11,672 nt of DNA, taken from IMG/VR virus record IMGVR_UViG_3300042259_000065; one strand, 5' to 3'. The notes under the pieces were generated by a model. The model was not told where the DNA came from. It made no database searches and was given only the letters and a program-made list of their open reading frames with translations. The first letter of the stretch is position 1. Each line of letters starts with the position of its first letter. Made by a program: the position numbers and the translations under genes. This document shows positions 1 to 7,204 of the stretch, in pieces. The stretch is from a virus. Its lineage: Duplodnaviria > Heunggongvirae > Uroviricota > Caudoviricetes.

Positions 1-399
1 GCTAACCCTAAATTCCGTGAAGTTTACAACATGTACCAAAATTCTGGTAAGCAACTTCTACGTGATGACCTGAGTGCATACTACTCATGGGGTGTTACTG
101 ATTTCTTCGAACATCGTGGTGTACGCTTCATTGCTTACAACCCAACTTTCCTAGAAGCAGATGGTTCAGAAGTTACTGTTCTTGGTGCTGGTCAAGGTAT
201 CGCTGTTCCACGTGCTGGTCGTGACCTTCTTCGTGGTTACTTCGGTCCTGCAAACAAACTATCTCTGGCTAACCAAGGTGGTCAAGAAATGTTTGCATTT
301 GAACGTACTTCTCAAGATGATGAATCTCATACTCTTGAAATTCAATCTAAGAAACTGTACTTTGCTACTAAACCAGAAGCAATCATCCAACTAACTTAA
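1..399 (+). CDS. Major capsid protein, C-terminal part (Phage_cap_E / lambda gpE-like fold family); 5' end lies outside the window
   Basis: Frame is open from base 1 (ANPKFREVYNMYQN...). C-terminal pattern YFGPANK...NQGGQEMFAF...LEIQSKKLYFATKPEAII resembles cap_E-family capsids. Codon choice is biased as for a highly expressed gene, and a strong terminator follows. Confidence 0.85.
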   Translation, partial: ANPKFREVYNMYQNSGKQLLRDDLSAYYSWGVTDFFEHRGVRFIAYNPTFLEADGSEVTVLGAGQGIAVPRAGRDLLRGYFGPANKLSLANQGGQEMFAFERTSQDDESHTLEIQSKKLYFATKPEAIIQLT

Positions 400-418
400 T
401 AATTAGTTGAATAATATG

Positions 419-455
419 AAGCCTCCTCCTATTTGGAGGAGGTTCTTTTGTTTTT
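419..455 (+). terminator. Intrinsic terminator after capsid gene
   Basis: Stem GCCTCCTCC (421-429) / GGAGGAGGT (435-443), loop TATTT, followed by TCTTTTGTTTTT. Confidence 0.8.
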
Positions 456-466
456 GGAGGTAGAAA

Positions 467-976
467 ATGACACTAGAAGAGCTGGTTTCTGCTATTTATC
501 TTGCTATGGGGTTGACATCAGAAACTCTCCCACAAACAACTGTAGAAGCTTACATTCTATTGTGGCAGGATACATATCCAGACAATGATTGTCAAGTGAT
601 GTATAATACAATTTTATCTCTTTATTCTTGGTTGATTAAATCTTCTGCTGCGGATAATACGGGTGGAGGTAAGATTCGTGAAAGAGAAGGTTCTGTAGAA
701 ATTGAACACGATAAAGTTGACAAGAGTTCAGATTGGGAAAGTGCTAGGGATGAATTTGTAAAGAATCCTTGGGAATCATTACCTCAATGTCGAGTCGAAT
801 TCACTAAGAGTTCTGTTTCACCTATTATTCTTGGTGGTGTGCGTAAAGATGAAGTTTCTCGTGTAAGACGTGATACTAACAGATTTAGTCAATATTCTGA
901 GAGGTCTCCATACAGCCCTAGACGTAAACGTTATAGAAGTTTGACTAATATCAACTCTGTTGATGAAGATTGTTAG
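467..976 (+). CDS. Putative head-tail adaptor (169 aa)
   Basis: SD GGAGG upstream; lies directly after the capsid gene. Size, helical N-terminus and the IREREGSVEIE / IILGGVRKDEVSRVR segments resemble adaptors of Felix/ICP1-type myoviruses (recalled, not searched). Confidence 0.6.
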   Translation: MTLEELVSAIYLAMGLTSETLPQTTVEAYILLWQDTYPDNDCQVMYNTILSLYSWLIKSSAADNTGGGKIREREGSVEIEHDKVDKSSDWESARDEFVKNPWESLPQCRVEFTKSSVSPIILGGVRKDEVSRVRRDTNRFSQYSERSPYSPRRKRYRSLTNINSVDEDC

Positions 977-1096
977 GATTTAGAGGATAGAGGTTGGAGT
1001 AGCTACCGCCTTGAACGACATTCCAGAGTGTCTTCCTCGCCTTTTCTGGCTACAATTTGATATGAATTATTATCTGGATAATGGTTCTAACAATAC

Positions 1097-1136
1097 ACCC
1101 AATTTTCTTTATCAAGGAAGTTGGGTTTTATTTTAT
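1097..1136 (+). terminator. Terminator-like hairpin directly upstream of the RBS of the 297-aa gene
   Basis: 13-bp stem 1097-1109 / 1114-1126 (two G-U pairs), loop TATC, followed by TTTATTTTAT. Confidence 0.55.
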
Positions 1137-1146
1137 ATAGAGGAAA

Positions 1147-2040
1147 ATGATGTTATATATTATGGAATCAATATCCAATAATGATTGGGTTAGTGTAAAT
1201 AGCATAAGTGGTGTTACCATTGGTGAAAAGTTTACCTTAATAAACCAAGGAAGTACCCCTCTTTTGTTACAAGAATCTGACACAAAACCAGATGCGTCTT
1301 TAAATTTAGGTAAAGTTCTTCAGGATTCTGGAGATGAAGGTTTGTCTCGTACAGTGGTATTAGCTACTGCAAAAGAAATATGGGTAAAATCTTCCTCTAA
1401 TGTAAAAGGAAGATTATATGTACAAACAACTTACCCATTTACCGATTTTGGCGAAACTGACCCACGAGTCCAATCTGGTGGTGCAGCTTTAACAGTGCAA
1501 TCTTATGATGAAAGCAATAAGAAGGCTGGTGTGCAGTGGGAAGCTTCTCGTTTAGTTAATGCAACAAACGCAACATATTATTATTCTGTTATTGTTACTG
1601 GAGATAAACCAGTTGATTTAAAACGTCGAGAGTTTGCATATACAGATTTAGGTTTGATTGGTTATATTTACAAGAACCCAACTTATACAGGTGGTACTCC
1701 AGACGAAGTATATAATATGACCGATATCAACCCTGTTGCATCAGGTATACAGCTTTTGACAGGGATAACTATCACCAACCCTACACAAATTCCAACCAAT
1801 AATGGAACCAATGCTCCTGCTGCATGGGGAACTCCTTTCGGTGCTCCTATTTATGCAATTGGACCTGTTAATAATCAAACCTCTGGTTCTACAACTCAAT
1901 CTTTTGCATCAAATCGTATACTAGCACCGAATACTTCATATCTTCTTGTATTTTATTCTCGTAGTGCACAAGAAATTAGTGCTCGATTAGAATGGTACGA
2001 AGGCGATATAGACCGCAATGGTGGTGGAGTGATCGTATAA
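1147..2040 (+). CDS. Hypothetical protein, probably virion-associated (beta-rich, 297 aa)
   Basis: Long ORF with SD AGAGGA; rich in Thr/Gly/Ser/Asn/Tyr; located in the head gene cluster. The ORF is secure but the function is inferred from position only. Confidence 0.6.
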   Translation: MMLYIMESISNNDWVSVNSISGVTIGEKFTLINQGSTPLLLQESDTKPDASLNLGKVLQDSGDEGLSRTVVLATAKEIWVKSSSNVKGRLYVQTTYPFTDFGETDPRVQSGGAALTVQSYDESNKKAGVQWEASRLVNATNATYYYSVIVTGDKPVDLKRREFAYTDLGLIGYIYKNPTYTGGTPDEVYNMTDINPVASGIQLLTGITITNPTQIPTNNGTNAPAAWGTPFGAPIYAIGPVNNQTSGSTTQSFASNRILAPNTSYLLVFYSRSAQEISARLEWYEGDIDRNGGGVIV

Positions 2041-2044
2041 ACTA

Positions 2045-2068
2045 AAGCCCACTCATTTGAGTGGGCTT
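2045..2068. terminator. Bidirectional terminator between convergent genes
   Basis: Perfect 10-bp stem AAGCCCACTC / GAGTGGGCTT, loop ATTT, between the stop at 2040 (+) and the stop at 2077 (-). Confidence 0.85.
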
Positions 2069-2076
2069 CTTCTTAT

Positions 2077-2253
2077 CTAAATATACTCTATTTCAACGTA
2101 GGAAGCTCTCAGAGAAGATTTAAACATCTCAGGCATAGATTGTTCATCAAAAATGTAAGCCTTCTCTCTGCTCGTTACAGAGCCATTTAAGGTCCAATAC
2201 ATAATCTGACCAGAGATGTTGACTTTTACGATGAATTTGTCAGTTGTCCTCAT
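2077..2253 (-). CDS. Small hypothetical protein (58 aa), not in the ORF track
   Basis: MRTTDKFIVKVNISGQIMYWTLNGSVTSREKAYIFDEQSMPEMFKSSLRASYVEIEYI*. The ATG overlaps the nrdG end, AAGGAG lies upstream, and the ORF fills the gap and stops 8 nt before the terminator. Confidence 0.6.
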   Translation of the reverse strand: MRTTDKFIVKVNISGQIMYWTLNGSVTSREKAYIFDEQSMPEMFKSSLRASYVEIEYI

Positions 2254-2731
2254 GAACTACCCAATCTCCTTTTATATTTTTCCATATGTGTTGGTTGGTA
2301 CTTCCTCTCCATATTAAAGATGTGTCTCTTAGTGATTGAATATATTTCCCATCAACCAACACATCTATCACATCCAAAATTTGACTACGTAATAAATCAT
2401 TTTGAATTTCTTCAAGAGTATAGCCTGTCCATAGCCAAATATCTTTATTTGGTAAAAGAGTTTTAACTTCTCTAGAGAAAATTAATACTTCTTCTAAGTT
2501 ACTTTTATGTAAAGGGTCTCCACCTGACCAAGTTAATCCTTTTATATAAGGTTGAGATAAGTCTTGTAATATTTGATCTTTGAATTCTCGTGTAATTATA
2601 TTACCAACATTACCCCATGAGTTTTTATTAAAACAACCTTCACATCCGTGTGAACACCTTGACACCCAAATGACACATCTAGCACCAGTCCCATTCTGTG
2701 TATCAAATTTTGAGTAATCTATATATTTCAT
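2240..2731 (-). CDS. nrdG: Anaerobic ribonucleotide reductase activating enzyme (radical SAM)
   Basis: CSHGCEGC (CxxxCxxC), GLTWSGGDPL, DIWLWTGY, DVLVDGKY and WRGSTNQ motifs; 4-nt ATGA overlap with nrdD. Confidence 0.97.
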   Translation of the reverse strand: MKYIDYSKFDTQNGTGARCVIWVSRCSHGCEGCFNKNSWGNVGNIITREFKDQILQDLSQPYIKGLTWSGGDPLHKSNLEEVLIFSREVKTLLPNKDIWLWTGYTLEEIQNDLLRSQILDVIDVLVDGKYIQSLRDTSLIWRGSTNQHIWKNIKGDWVVHEDN

Positions 2732-4815
2732 GCATTCTTAACCCGACACTTCTGCTCATCAAACTTACCTTTATTAGCTGGACGGGCTAAAGCTGAGTGG
2801 GTATACCCAGAGATACGCTTTATACATTCAGCAGTTTCTGGATTATTATTGCCGCACTCTGGACAGAAATAACCATGTTCATCAGCATCAAATTCTCCAC
2901 GATAACCACACTCAAAGCATTTATCTACAGGTTGGTTACAGATTAAGTAGTTGACTTTATCATATGCTGCTTTAACTACAGACTCAAATCCTTCGATATT
3001 ATTTATCATACTAGGCAACTCAATATTATTCACATTGCCACCTGATGCTAATAAATAATAGTCACTTTCTTCATCAAACTTGTCAACAATATTTAAATTT
3101 TTAAACACAGGTTGGTGAAAAGAGTTGGTAATAAAATCTCTGTCAAATTTCCACTCAGGGAACTCAGATTTAAGCTTGTTTGCAATAGTATAACAACCGT
3201 TCTCTAAGGGGCTACCGTATGGACTAAAAGCAATATTTGTCTTTTTAGTATATTCTTCTGTTTTATCTTTTAAAAACTCAATCACCTTCATGCCAAAATG
3301 TTTCGTCATATCATTAAGGATCTCTTGTGCTTCATATAAACCCCCATAGCCAATACTACAAGTTGCGTTACCATTATAGAATAAGTGGTCAATAGTATCT
3401 TCTGCTTTAAGAGTAGCTAATGCTCCATATTGCCATAAGATAGGACTTACTTTAGCTTTAGTTCCTTTCATTCTCTCTATACGAAACATATTTGCTTCAA
3501 AAGCTTTGTCACATAAAAATGACAATTCATCAAAGAACTTATCCTTATCACCATCAGCTTTTAAGGCAGCATAAGGTAATGATACAGTGGTTACGCCAAG
3601 GTTAAATCTACCAGATACTTTCTCTTTACCATCTTCTGTATATTTACCAACAAAACTTCTGCAGCCCATCGCTGTAATTACGTTCTCTGAATTTCCTGTC
3701 ATTTTTCTATTATTGGGCGCCATGACAAAATCAGGGTACATATGTTTTGCGGAACATTCTAAAGCTAGAATAAATTCTTCGTGATTTGGGTCTTCTTTAT
3801 TAAGATTAACACCTTCCTCTACAAAGTAGAGAACTTTAGGAAAAATAGGGCTTCTATGTTCTTTACCAATACCATTTATATGACATTTCAAATATTCTTC
3901 CTTAATCATCTTACAAAGTGGGTCTTGTGATAAAGATAAGCTTATTGTTGTAAATGCAGACTGACCATTAGACGACGTAACCGTTTGAATTTGGTATATA
4001 AATTTCTGACAAGCATCATAAATTTCTTTACGTAAAGATTCCTCTACGTAACTGTCAGGTAGTCCGTATTTCTCTTGTGTTTGTTTAATCTTCTTAAGAC
4101 TTTTCTCAGCATAAGGTTGCAACACTTTATCAAATTCATGCATTGATTGTCCACCATATGAAGATCCTGAAATCTTACTAAATATTTGACAGGCAACATT
4201 AGCTGCGGTTCCAATTGAGTTTGGTTGTTCAATCTCAACATCCCCTAGTTTTACACCATTTGCCAACATATACTCAAAATCATAAACTCCACAATTATGA
4301 ATCCCTTTACTAATAAAGTAATCTTTATCATGTATATGAATTGCACCCTTATCTTCAAGTTCGATAAGATGTTGTGGGTAAGATGTTTTTGCTAAGTGTT
4401 TGCTAACAATACCAGCAATAAGGTCTCTGTGAGTTACAGTTTGATTAGAGTCTTTATTAGAGTTCTCTCTAGAGACATCTTCATTACTACCATTGAGGAA
4501 TTCCTCAATATCATAAAATACTTTATGCTTACCTTCCCTGATACGATCTCGTTCAGCACGATATCTAATATAATGTTTTGCAATATCTTTGTGCTTACTT
4601 ACCATTAACGTATTTTCTACAACATCTTGTATACGTTCTACAGTTAAGTTGTGTTCGTGTGTAAGTTTAAATACTACCTTTGTTGTAATTTGATCTGCAA
4701 TATTGTGTGAATCATAATCAGAATACCCAACACTAGAACACGCTTTCTTTACAGCATTGAAGATTTTATTGGTATTGAAATCTTGTTCGATACCATCACG
4801 TTTAATTACTTTCAA
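2728..4815 (-). CDS. nrdD: Class III (anaerobic) ribonucleoside-triphosphate reductase with N-terminal ATP cone
   Basis: VIKRDG ATP cone, IHIHD, NC and MGCRSF active-site cysteines, CFECG/CPECG Zn site, RISGY glycyl-radical motif; TTG start with SD AAGGAGG. Confidence 0.98.
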   Translation of the reverse strand: MKVIKRDGIEQDFNTNKIFNAVKKACSSVGYSDYDSHNIADQITTKVVFKLTHEHNLTVERIQDVVENTLMVSKHKDIAKHYIRYRAERDRIREGKHKVFYDIEEFLNGSNEDVSRENSNKDSNQTVTHRDLIAGIVSKHLAKTSYPQHLIELEDKGAIHIHDKDYFISKGIHNCGVYDFEYMLANGVKLGDVEIEQPNSIGTAANVACQIFSKISGSSYGGQSMHEFDKVLQPYAEKSLKKIKQTQEKYGLPDSYVEESLRKEIYDACQKFIYQIQTVTSSNGQSAFTTISLSLSQDPLCKMIKEEYLKCHINGIGKEHRSPIFPKVLYFVEEGVNLNKEDPNHEEFILALECSAKHMYPDFVMAPNNRKMTGNSENVITAMGCRSFVGKYTEDGKEKVSGRFNLGVTTVSLPYAALKADGDKDKFFDELSFLCDKAFEANMFRIERMKGTKAKVSPILWQYGALATLKAEDTIDHLFYNGNATCSIGYGGLYEAQEILNDMTKHFGMKVIEFLKDKTEEYTKKTNIAFSPYGSPLENGCYTIANKLKSEFPEWKFDRDFITNSFHQPVFKNLNIVDKFDEESDYYLLASGGNVNNIELPSMINNIEGFESVVKAAYDKVNYLICNQPVDKCFECGYRGEFDADEHGYFCPECGNNNPETAECIKRISGYTHSALARPANKGKFDEQKCRVKNA

Positions 4816-4844
4816 AACACCCTCCTTATTTAGTGTGTATAATT

Positions 4845-4886
4845 ATTATCGCAGGGTTTCAGATGATCAACTTTGATCTATATCAA
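4845..4886 (-). promoter_or_regulatory. FNR box plus extended -10: class II FNR-dependent promoter for nrdDG
   Basis: TTGAT-CTAT-ATCAA at 4873-4886 is a full match to TTGAT-N4-ATCAA. TG-C-GATAAT lies at 4853-4845 (-). With +1 at ~4838 the box centre is at -41.5. Confidence 0.75.
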
Positions 4887-4917
4887 ATATAATAATATTA
4901 CATGAGAGCAATTTTGC

Positions 4918-4944
4918 AAAAGAAAAAAGCCTCCGAAGAAGCTT
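4918..4944 (-). terminator. Intrinsic terminator insulating the nrdD promoter
   Basis: AAGCTTC-TTCG-GAGGCTT hairpin (UUCG loop) followed by TTTTCTTTT on the - strand. Confidence 0.85.
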
Positions 4945-4987
4945 ATGTAGTAATAGTTAAAATAACTCCTGTAATCAATCCTAACAT
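4943..4987 (-). CDS. Possible 14-aa hydrophobic micropeptide MLGLITGVILTITT
   Basis: AGGAG 11 nt before the ATG; the stop abuts the terminator stem. Confidence 0.3.
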   Translation of the reverse strand: MLGLITGVILTITT

Positions 4988-5082
4988 CTTTTAAATATCT
5001 CCTAATACGATTCATCATCTTACAGATTAAAACGTCTTAGAATGCGTCTCAGTTTTAATTTGAGCTATTCTGCTTATCAATA

Positions 5083-5325
5083 CTAACGTTTTAATCCTTT
5101 TCCTACGCAACTTAAATCCCCAAGCCGTGTTTCAATTACCAAACCTTTTGATGCTACACAATTATCACTAAACTCTTTTTCTAATTGAGCCTGTATAGTG
5201 CTACCTATTAAGGCTATAACTATTGTAGCAATAAGTACTCCGAAGAATGCAATATTATACCTATCAATGTAAGCTAAACTTACTGCAAATAAGATAAAAC
5301 CTAAAATTAAAACTAAGTATATCAT
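5083..5325 (-). CDS. Small membrane protein (two predicted TM helices, 80 aa)
   Basis: SD AGGAG; two hydrophobic stretches, then a polar tail with two Cys. Confidence 0.75.
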   Translation of the reverse strand: MIYLVLILGFILFAVSLAYIDRYNIAFFGVLIATIVIALIGSTIQAQLEKEFSDNCVASKGLVIETRLGDLSCVGKGLKR

Positions 5326-5338
5326 AATTATTTCTCCT
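5322..5338 (-). repeat. 17-bp direct repeat copy 1 (AGGAGAAATAATTATGA, RBS plus start codon)
   Basis: Identical to 8274-8290. Confidence 0.85.
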
Positions 5339-5341
5339 GTT

Positions 5342-5406
5342 AAAAAATAAAACCCTGCTTAACATAAGCAATCTTTGTTGATAAGAATCTTAGCTCAAAC
5401 AGGGTT
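5342..5406 (-). terminator. Long-loop terminator after the polymerase gene
   Basis: 12-bp stem AACCCTGTTTGA (5406-5395) / TTAAGCAGGGTT (5362-5351) with two G-U pairs, followed by TTATTTTTT. Confidence 0.55.
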
Positions 5407-5415
5407 GTGTGTCAA
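5387..5415 (-). promoter_or_regulatory. sigma70 promoter for the 80-aa membrane gene
   Basis: TTGACA (5415-5410), 17-nt spacer, TAAGAT (5392-5387). Confidence 0.75.
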
Positions 5416-5418
5416 GGG

Positions 5419-7068
5419 TTATTCTACTTCAACTCTAAAATTAATATCATCACCAAGAACTTTAATATATCCTTTTCTAAAGTAGTCTACAGCTTTGTGG
5501 ATTTTACTTTCAGCAACAGTAATACTATCGTGCAATGGGAGCAAAACAATATTATCATCTAACAACAACCTAGCTGTCTCTACAATAATATCACTGTCAA
5601 TTCTCATAAGTCTTTTTGAAACACCTGTATAGAAATGATGGGATATAGGTTTGTTATGGGATTCAACTTGGTTTATGATTTCTTCAACATCTGCCATAGG
5701 TACTCCAACATAGTCCATACTGTCTTCTTTGCTTGTACCTGCTTTTTGATAATCTTGAATCATTTTGTATCTAAGAGCTTTGATAGCGTCTTGTTTAGAT
5801 TTAGAATTCAACATAACAAGTAATGCAATTTTAGCTACAGACCTTAGAGGATTGTATTTCTCAATATTATAGTATTTACAATACTTATTTATATCCTTAG
5901 TGTCGATAGTGATATTAAGTTTTGGATACGGATCAAAATCATCAGGTAGTATAATACCCTCCTCCCTGTATAATAAGCTAGGATGAAGTGCTTTAATATC
6001 AGCGGTCAAGGTCTTCTCACCATCAATTTTAAGCAATTTTCTCTTTGGTTTTGGTAGTGTAGTCCATTCACCTCTATCAAATAGCCTACCGCATAAGTCG
6101 AAACTTGAATCAATAAATATACGAGAGAAAGATATCCCATCCAAAACAACACCATCAATGTCTATAGTATGTTCACTGATAGTATCATTTAATTTATTCA
6201 TAATATTTTCATTCACTTCAATGAACTCCTCTAAATTATCAAAACAATCTATAGATACGATATTCTTATCTGAATCTCTGACTATAATAGTATTCCTTGG
6301 TTTATTATTTTCTTTGATATAAAGCTCATCTCTGCAAACACTAATCAGGTGAGCAAGTAGTTCTCCTTTAGGTATGAAAAGTGAAGACTCAGAACTTTTA
6401 TCTTTATACTTAAATCCAATAAAGGATACACCCATGCGGTTATACTCTAGCATATCAACCAAGTCCATTAGGTAGTTAAAATTAGGATGCACCATAGATT
6501 CTTTAATATCTCTATCATCTTTAATGGCTTTTGTATATACACCTTTCCACCTATAATACATAAGACCCATATTGGAATTCTTTATCATCCTATGTAAGTG
6601 TTTAGCAAAGAATAAACAAGTGTCTTCTAACGGTTTGCTATGTATACGCGCCTTGTTAACTACATTCTTGTAATAGAACCTTAACATAGAAGACAGGAAC
6701 AAGGCTGTATCAACAATACTGGTACTCTGCAAAGAATCTTTCCTTACAGAGGTATAACATATACACTTCTTAAATTGAGCAATATCCAATAAGAATTTAC
6801 TCATAAGATCCCATCTAGATGAACCATCAATCAAACTATATAAACTATCTATACAATCACTATACTCTACAATAGAAATATCACTATTATCACTATCTAA
6901 AGACTCTATGTAGTGTGTCCTTGTAAGAGAGCTTATAGAGCAAGATAAAAGTTTCTCATCAACATCTTGTAAGTCTTTGGTTTTCTTAGGTAATCTACTA
7001 TAAGGTGTCTTATAAAAAGGTAAATTACTAACCTTTTTCTTTGAAGATTTTTGTACCTTTTTTACCAT
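5419..7068 (-). CDS. Divergent family A DNA polymerase / T7-RNAP-like right-hand nucleotidyltransferase (TV-Pol-like), ~549 aa, no recognisable exonuclease domain
   Basis: GRLF (6090-6079), motif A TADIKALHPSLLY (Asp at 6000-5998), motif B LRSVAKIALLVMLN, motif C LLPLHDSITV (HD at 5532-5527), in the correct order. Start reassigned from TTG 7092 to ATG 7068 because SD GAGGTG lies 6 nt upstream. Confidence 0.7.
   Translation of the reverse strand: MVKKVQKSSKKKVSNLPFYKTPYSRLPKKTKDLQDVDEKLLSCSISSLTRTHYIESLDSDNSDISIVEYSDCIDSLYSLIDGSSRWDLMSKFLLDIAQFKKCICYTSVRKDSLQSTSIVDTALFLSSMLRFYYKNVVNKARIHSKPLEDTCLFFAKHLHRMIKNSNMGLMYYRWKGVYTKAIKDDRDIKESMVHPNFNYLMDLVDMLEYNRMGVSFIGFKYKDKSSESSLFIPKGELLAHLISVCRDELYIKENNKPRNTIIVRDSDKNIVSIDCFDNLEEFIEVNENIMNKLNDTISEHTIDIDGVVLDGISFSRIFIDSSFDLCGRLFDRGEWTTLPKPKRKLLKIDGEKTLTADIKALHPSLLYREEGIILPDDFDPYPKLNITIDTKDINKYCKYYNIEKYNPLRSVAKIALLVMLNSKSKQDAIKALRYKMIQDYQKAGTSKEDSMDYVGVPMADVEEIINQVESHNKPISHHFYTGVSKRLMRIDSDIIVETARLLLDDNIVLLPLHDSITVAESKIHKAVDYFRKGYIKVLGDDINFRVEVE
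6833..6896 (-). repeat. Cluster of short direct repeats (ATAGTGAT x3, ATAGTTT x2) inside the 5' end of the polymerase gene
   Basis: On + strand: ATCACTAT at 6856, 6880 and 6889; AAACTAT at 6833 and 6842. Confidence 0.5.
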
Positions 7069-7204
7069 ATAATTCACCTCTCGTGATTTCAATTTCTTCT
7101 GGATTATTGACTATAAATTCAAAACTGTCCTCTAGTTTAAGCTTATGCTTTCTTACAATATGCATAACAATATCCATAGAATCCTGTTTAAGACTTACTC
7201 TCAT
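7028..7204 (-). CDS. Small protein (58 aa), possible ribbon-helix-helix DNA-binding protein; not in the ORF track
   Basis: MRVSLKQDSMDIVMHIVRKHKLKLEDSFEFIVNNPEEIEITRGELYGKKGTKIFKEKG*. TAATG overlap with the HTH stop, GGAG 8 nt upstream, overlaps the polymerase start by 41 nt. Confidence 0.65.
   Translation of the reverse strand: MRVSLKQDSMDIVMHIVRKHKLKLEDSFEFIVNNPEEIEITRGELYGKKGTKIFKEKG

Noticed and set aside
161-394. 77-aa + strand ORF in the track
   Set aside because: Alternate frame wholly inside the capsid gene; no RBS, and its hydrophobic composition is the expected shadow of the biased capsid codons.
996-1003. GGAGTAGC resembles the yybP-ykoY (Mn2+) riboswitch 5' motif
   Set aside because: The other conserved elements and four-way junction are not visible, and the downstream gene context does not fit.
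1011-1181. 56-codon TTG-started ORF (LNDIPECLPRLFW...)
   Set aside because: Weak start, runs through a terminator hairpin and overlaps the next gene.
2240-4815. Intron, intein or homing endonuclease in nrdD/nrdG (a common phage hotspot)
   Set aside because: Both frames are continuous and of normal length, with no intein splice motifs.
4822-4836. NrdR-box-like sequence ACACTAAATAAGGAG (- strand) at the nrdD RBS
   Set aside because: About 11/15 match, but a single copy; NrdR sites are normally tandem, and part of the match comes from the SD in AT-rich DNA.
3587-5823. Track ORFs 3587-3784, 4044-4241, 4396-4608 and 5635-5823
   Set aside because: Shadow frames inside nrdD or the polymerase gene, with no RBS or recognisable motif.
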